Assembly (NCBI GenBank): GCA_964247055.1
Contig: OZ176051.1
Span: 7,688,001-7,752,000, forward strand
DNA from: Paragordius varius
Lineage: Eukaryota; Animalia; Nematomorpha
DNA length: 64,000 nt
Reading direction: 5' to 3'
Part shown: positions 63,332 to 64,000 of the stretch, piece after piece
Layout: each line of letters begins with the position of its first letter
Numbering within the stretch: the first letter of the stretch is position 1
The notes under the pieces: generated by a model
Told to the model about the DNA's origin: nothing
The model's database searches: none
What the model saw: only the letters and a program-made list of their open reading frames with translations
Translations under genes and position numbers: made by a program

Positions 63332-64000
63332 CACTTGGATACAACACATTCGTTTCCCTCCTTTAATTGAAATATGGGTTGGATATCCCAAACCTTTAAA
63401 AATTACTCAAAAAATATGGAATGAATAATGAAACCATGGAAGTTTGCACTTAAATAACATTAAATCCGAAATATAAAAAAAATTAGTTAAAAATACTTGA
63501 TATTACTTAGTTAATTATCATTGTGAGCTAAATTTGAAAATATACAAAATAACGACTAGTCTGATCCTCACAATAGTATATTACTTTTAAATAGTAAATT
63601 AGCTTTTATTTCTTAAAATTTGATAAATACGATAATTTGCAAAAATGTGTAAAAATGGTTCTAATACAGTTTGATATGGAACTTTTTTTCCAAAATAAAT
63701 TGAGATATTTCGGCATATATATATTAGAATAGAAGCATAATTTAAATTGGGAGCTTTTCTTTCAGTAGTTTCATTAAAATATCAACTAATGTGTGTATTA
63801 ACACTTCGATTCAAATTGGGGTATCTACCCCAGACTAAATTTAAATTAATATTTTTAAATACTACTGAAGGAAACGGTCCCATTTGAAACTTATGCTTCT
63901 ATCCTAATTTAAATTATATAATGCCAAAATATCTAATAAATTTTTTTTAACAAAAAGTTCCAAGTCTAACTACTTTGACGCCATTTTTATTGCATAAAAT
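63332..64000. mobile_element. Two copies of the TTAA/CACT element in opposite orientation (63332-~63790 forward, 63802 onward reverse)
   Basis: The forward copy starts ttaa|cacttggatacaacac and stops short of its right end. At 63798 ttaa|cacttcgattcaaattgggg begins the reverse complement of the element's right part. Confidence 0.7.

Overview
Very AT-rich (roughly 75-80% A+T by eye) eukaryotic genomic DNA from an animal, probably an invertebrate. The taxon cannot be fixed from the sequence alone. I rebuilt six spliced or single-exon gene models by hand, checking GT-AG boundaries and exon phases: (1) kindlin/FERMT, 5' half (minus strand, runs off the left edge); (2) an orphan ~849-aa secreted protein with a basic block followed by an acidic Tyr-rich block; (3) an orphan ~690-aa P/Q/N/G-rich protein with a signal peptide and a GPI-like tail; (4) a complete coracle/protein 4.1 gene; (5) an intronless, divergent rhodopsin-class GPCR; (6) a complete DDX19/Dbp5 DEAD-box helicase with large low-complexity insertions. 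There is also a possible 117-aa secreted peptide gene. Mobile DNA comprises a full-length but disabled Buster-type hAT transposon with a perfect 8-bp TSD, an RTE-like LINE 3' fragment, several MITE families and a 3.8-kb foldback element inside a DDX19 intron. The most unusual signals are 24-29-nt spliceosomal introns next to kilobase introns, the giant intronic foldback, and a co-oriented cluster of orphan secreted low-complexity proteins. No rRNA, tRNA or CRISPR features were recognised.
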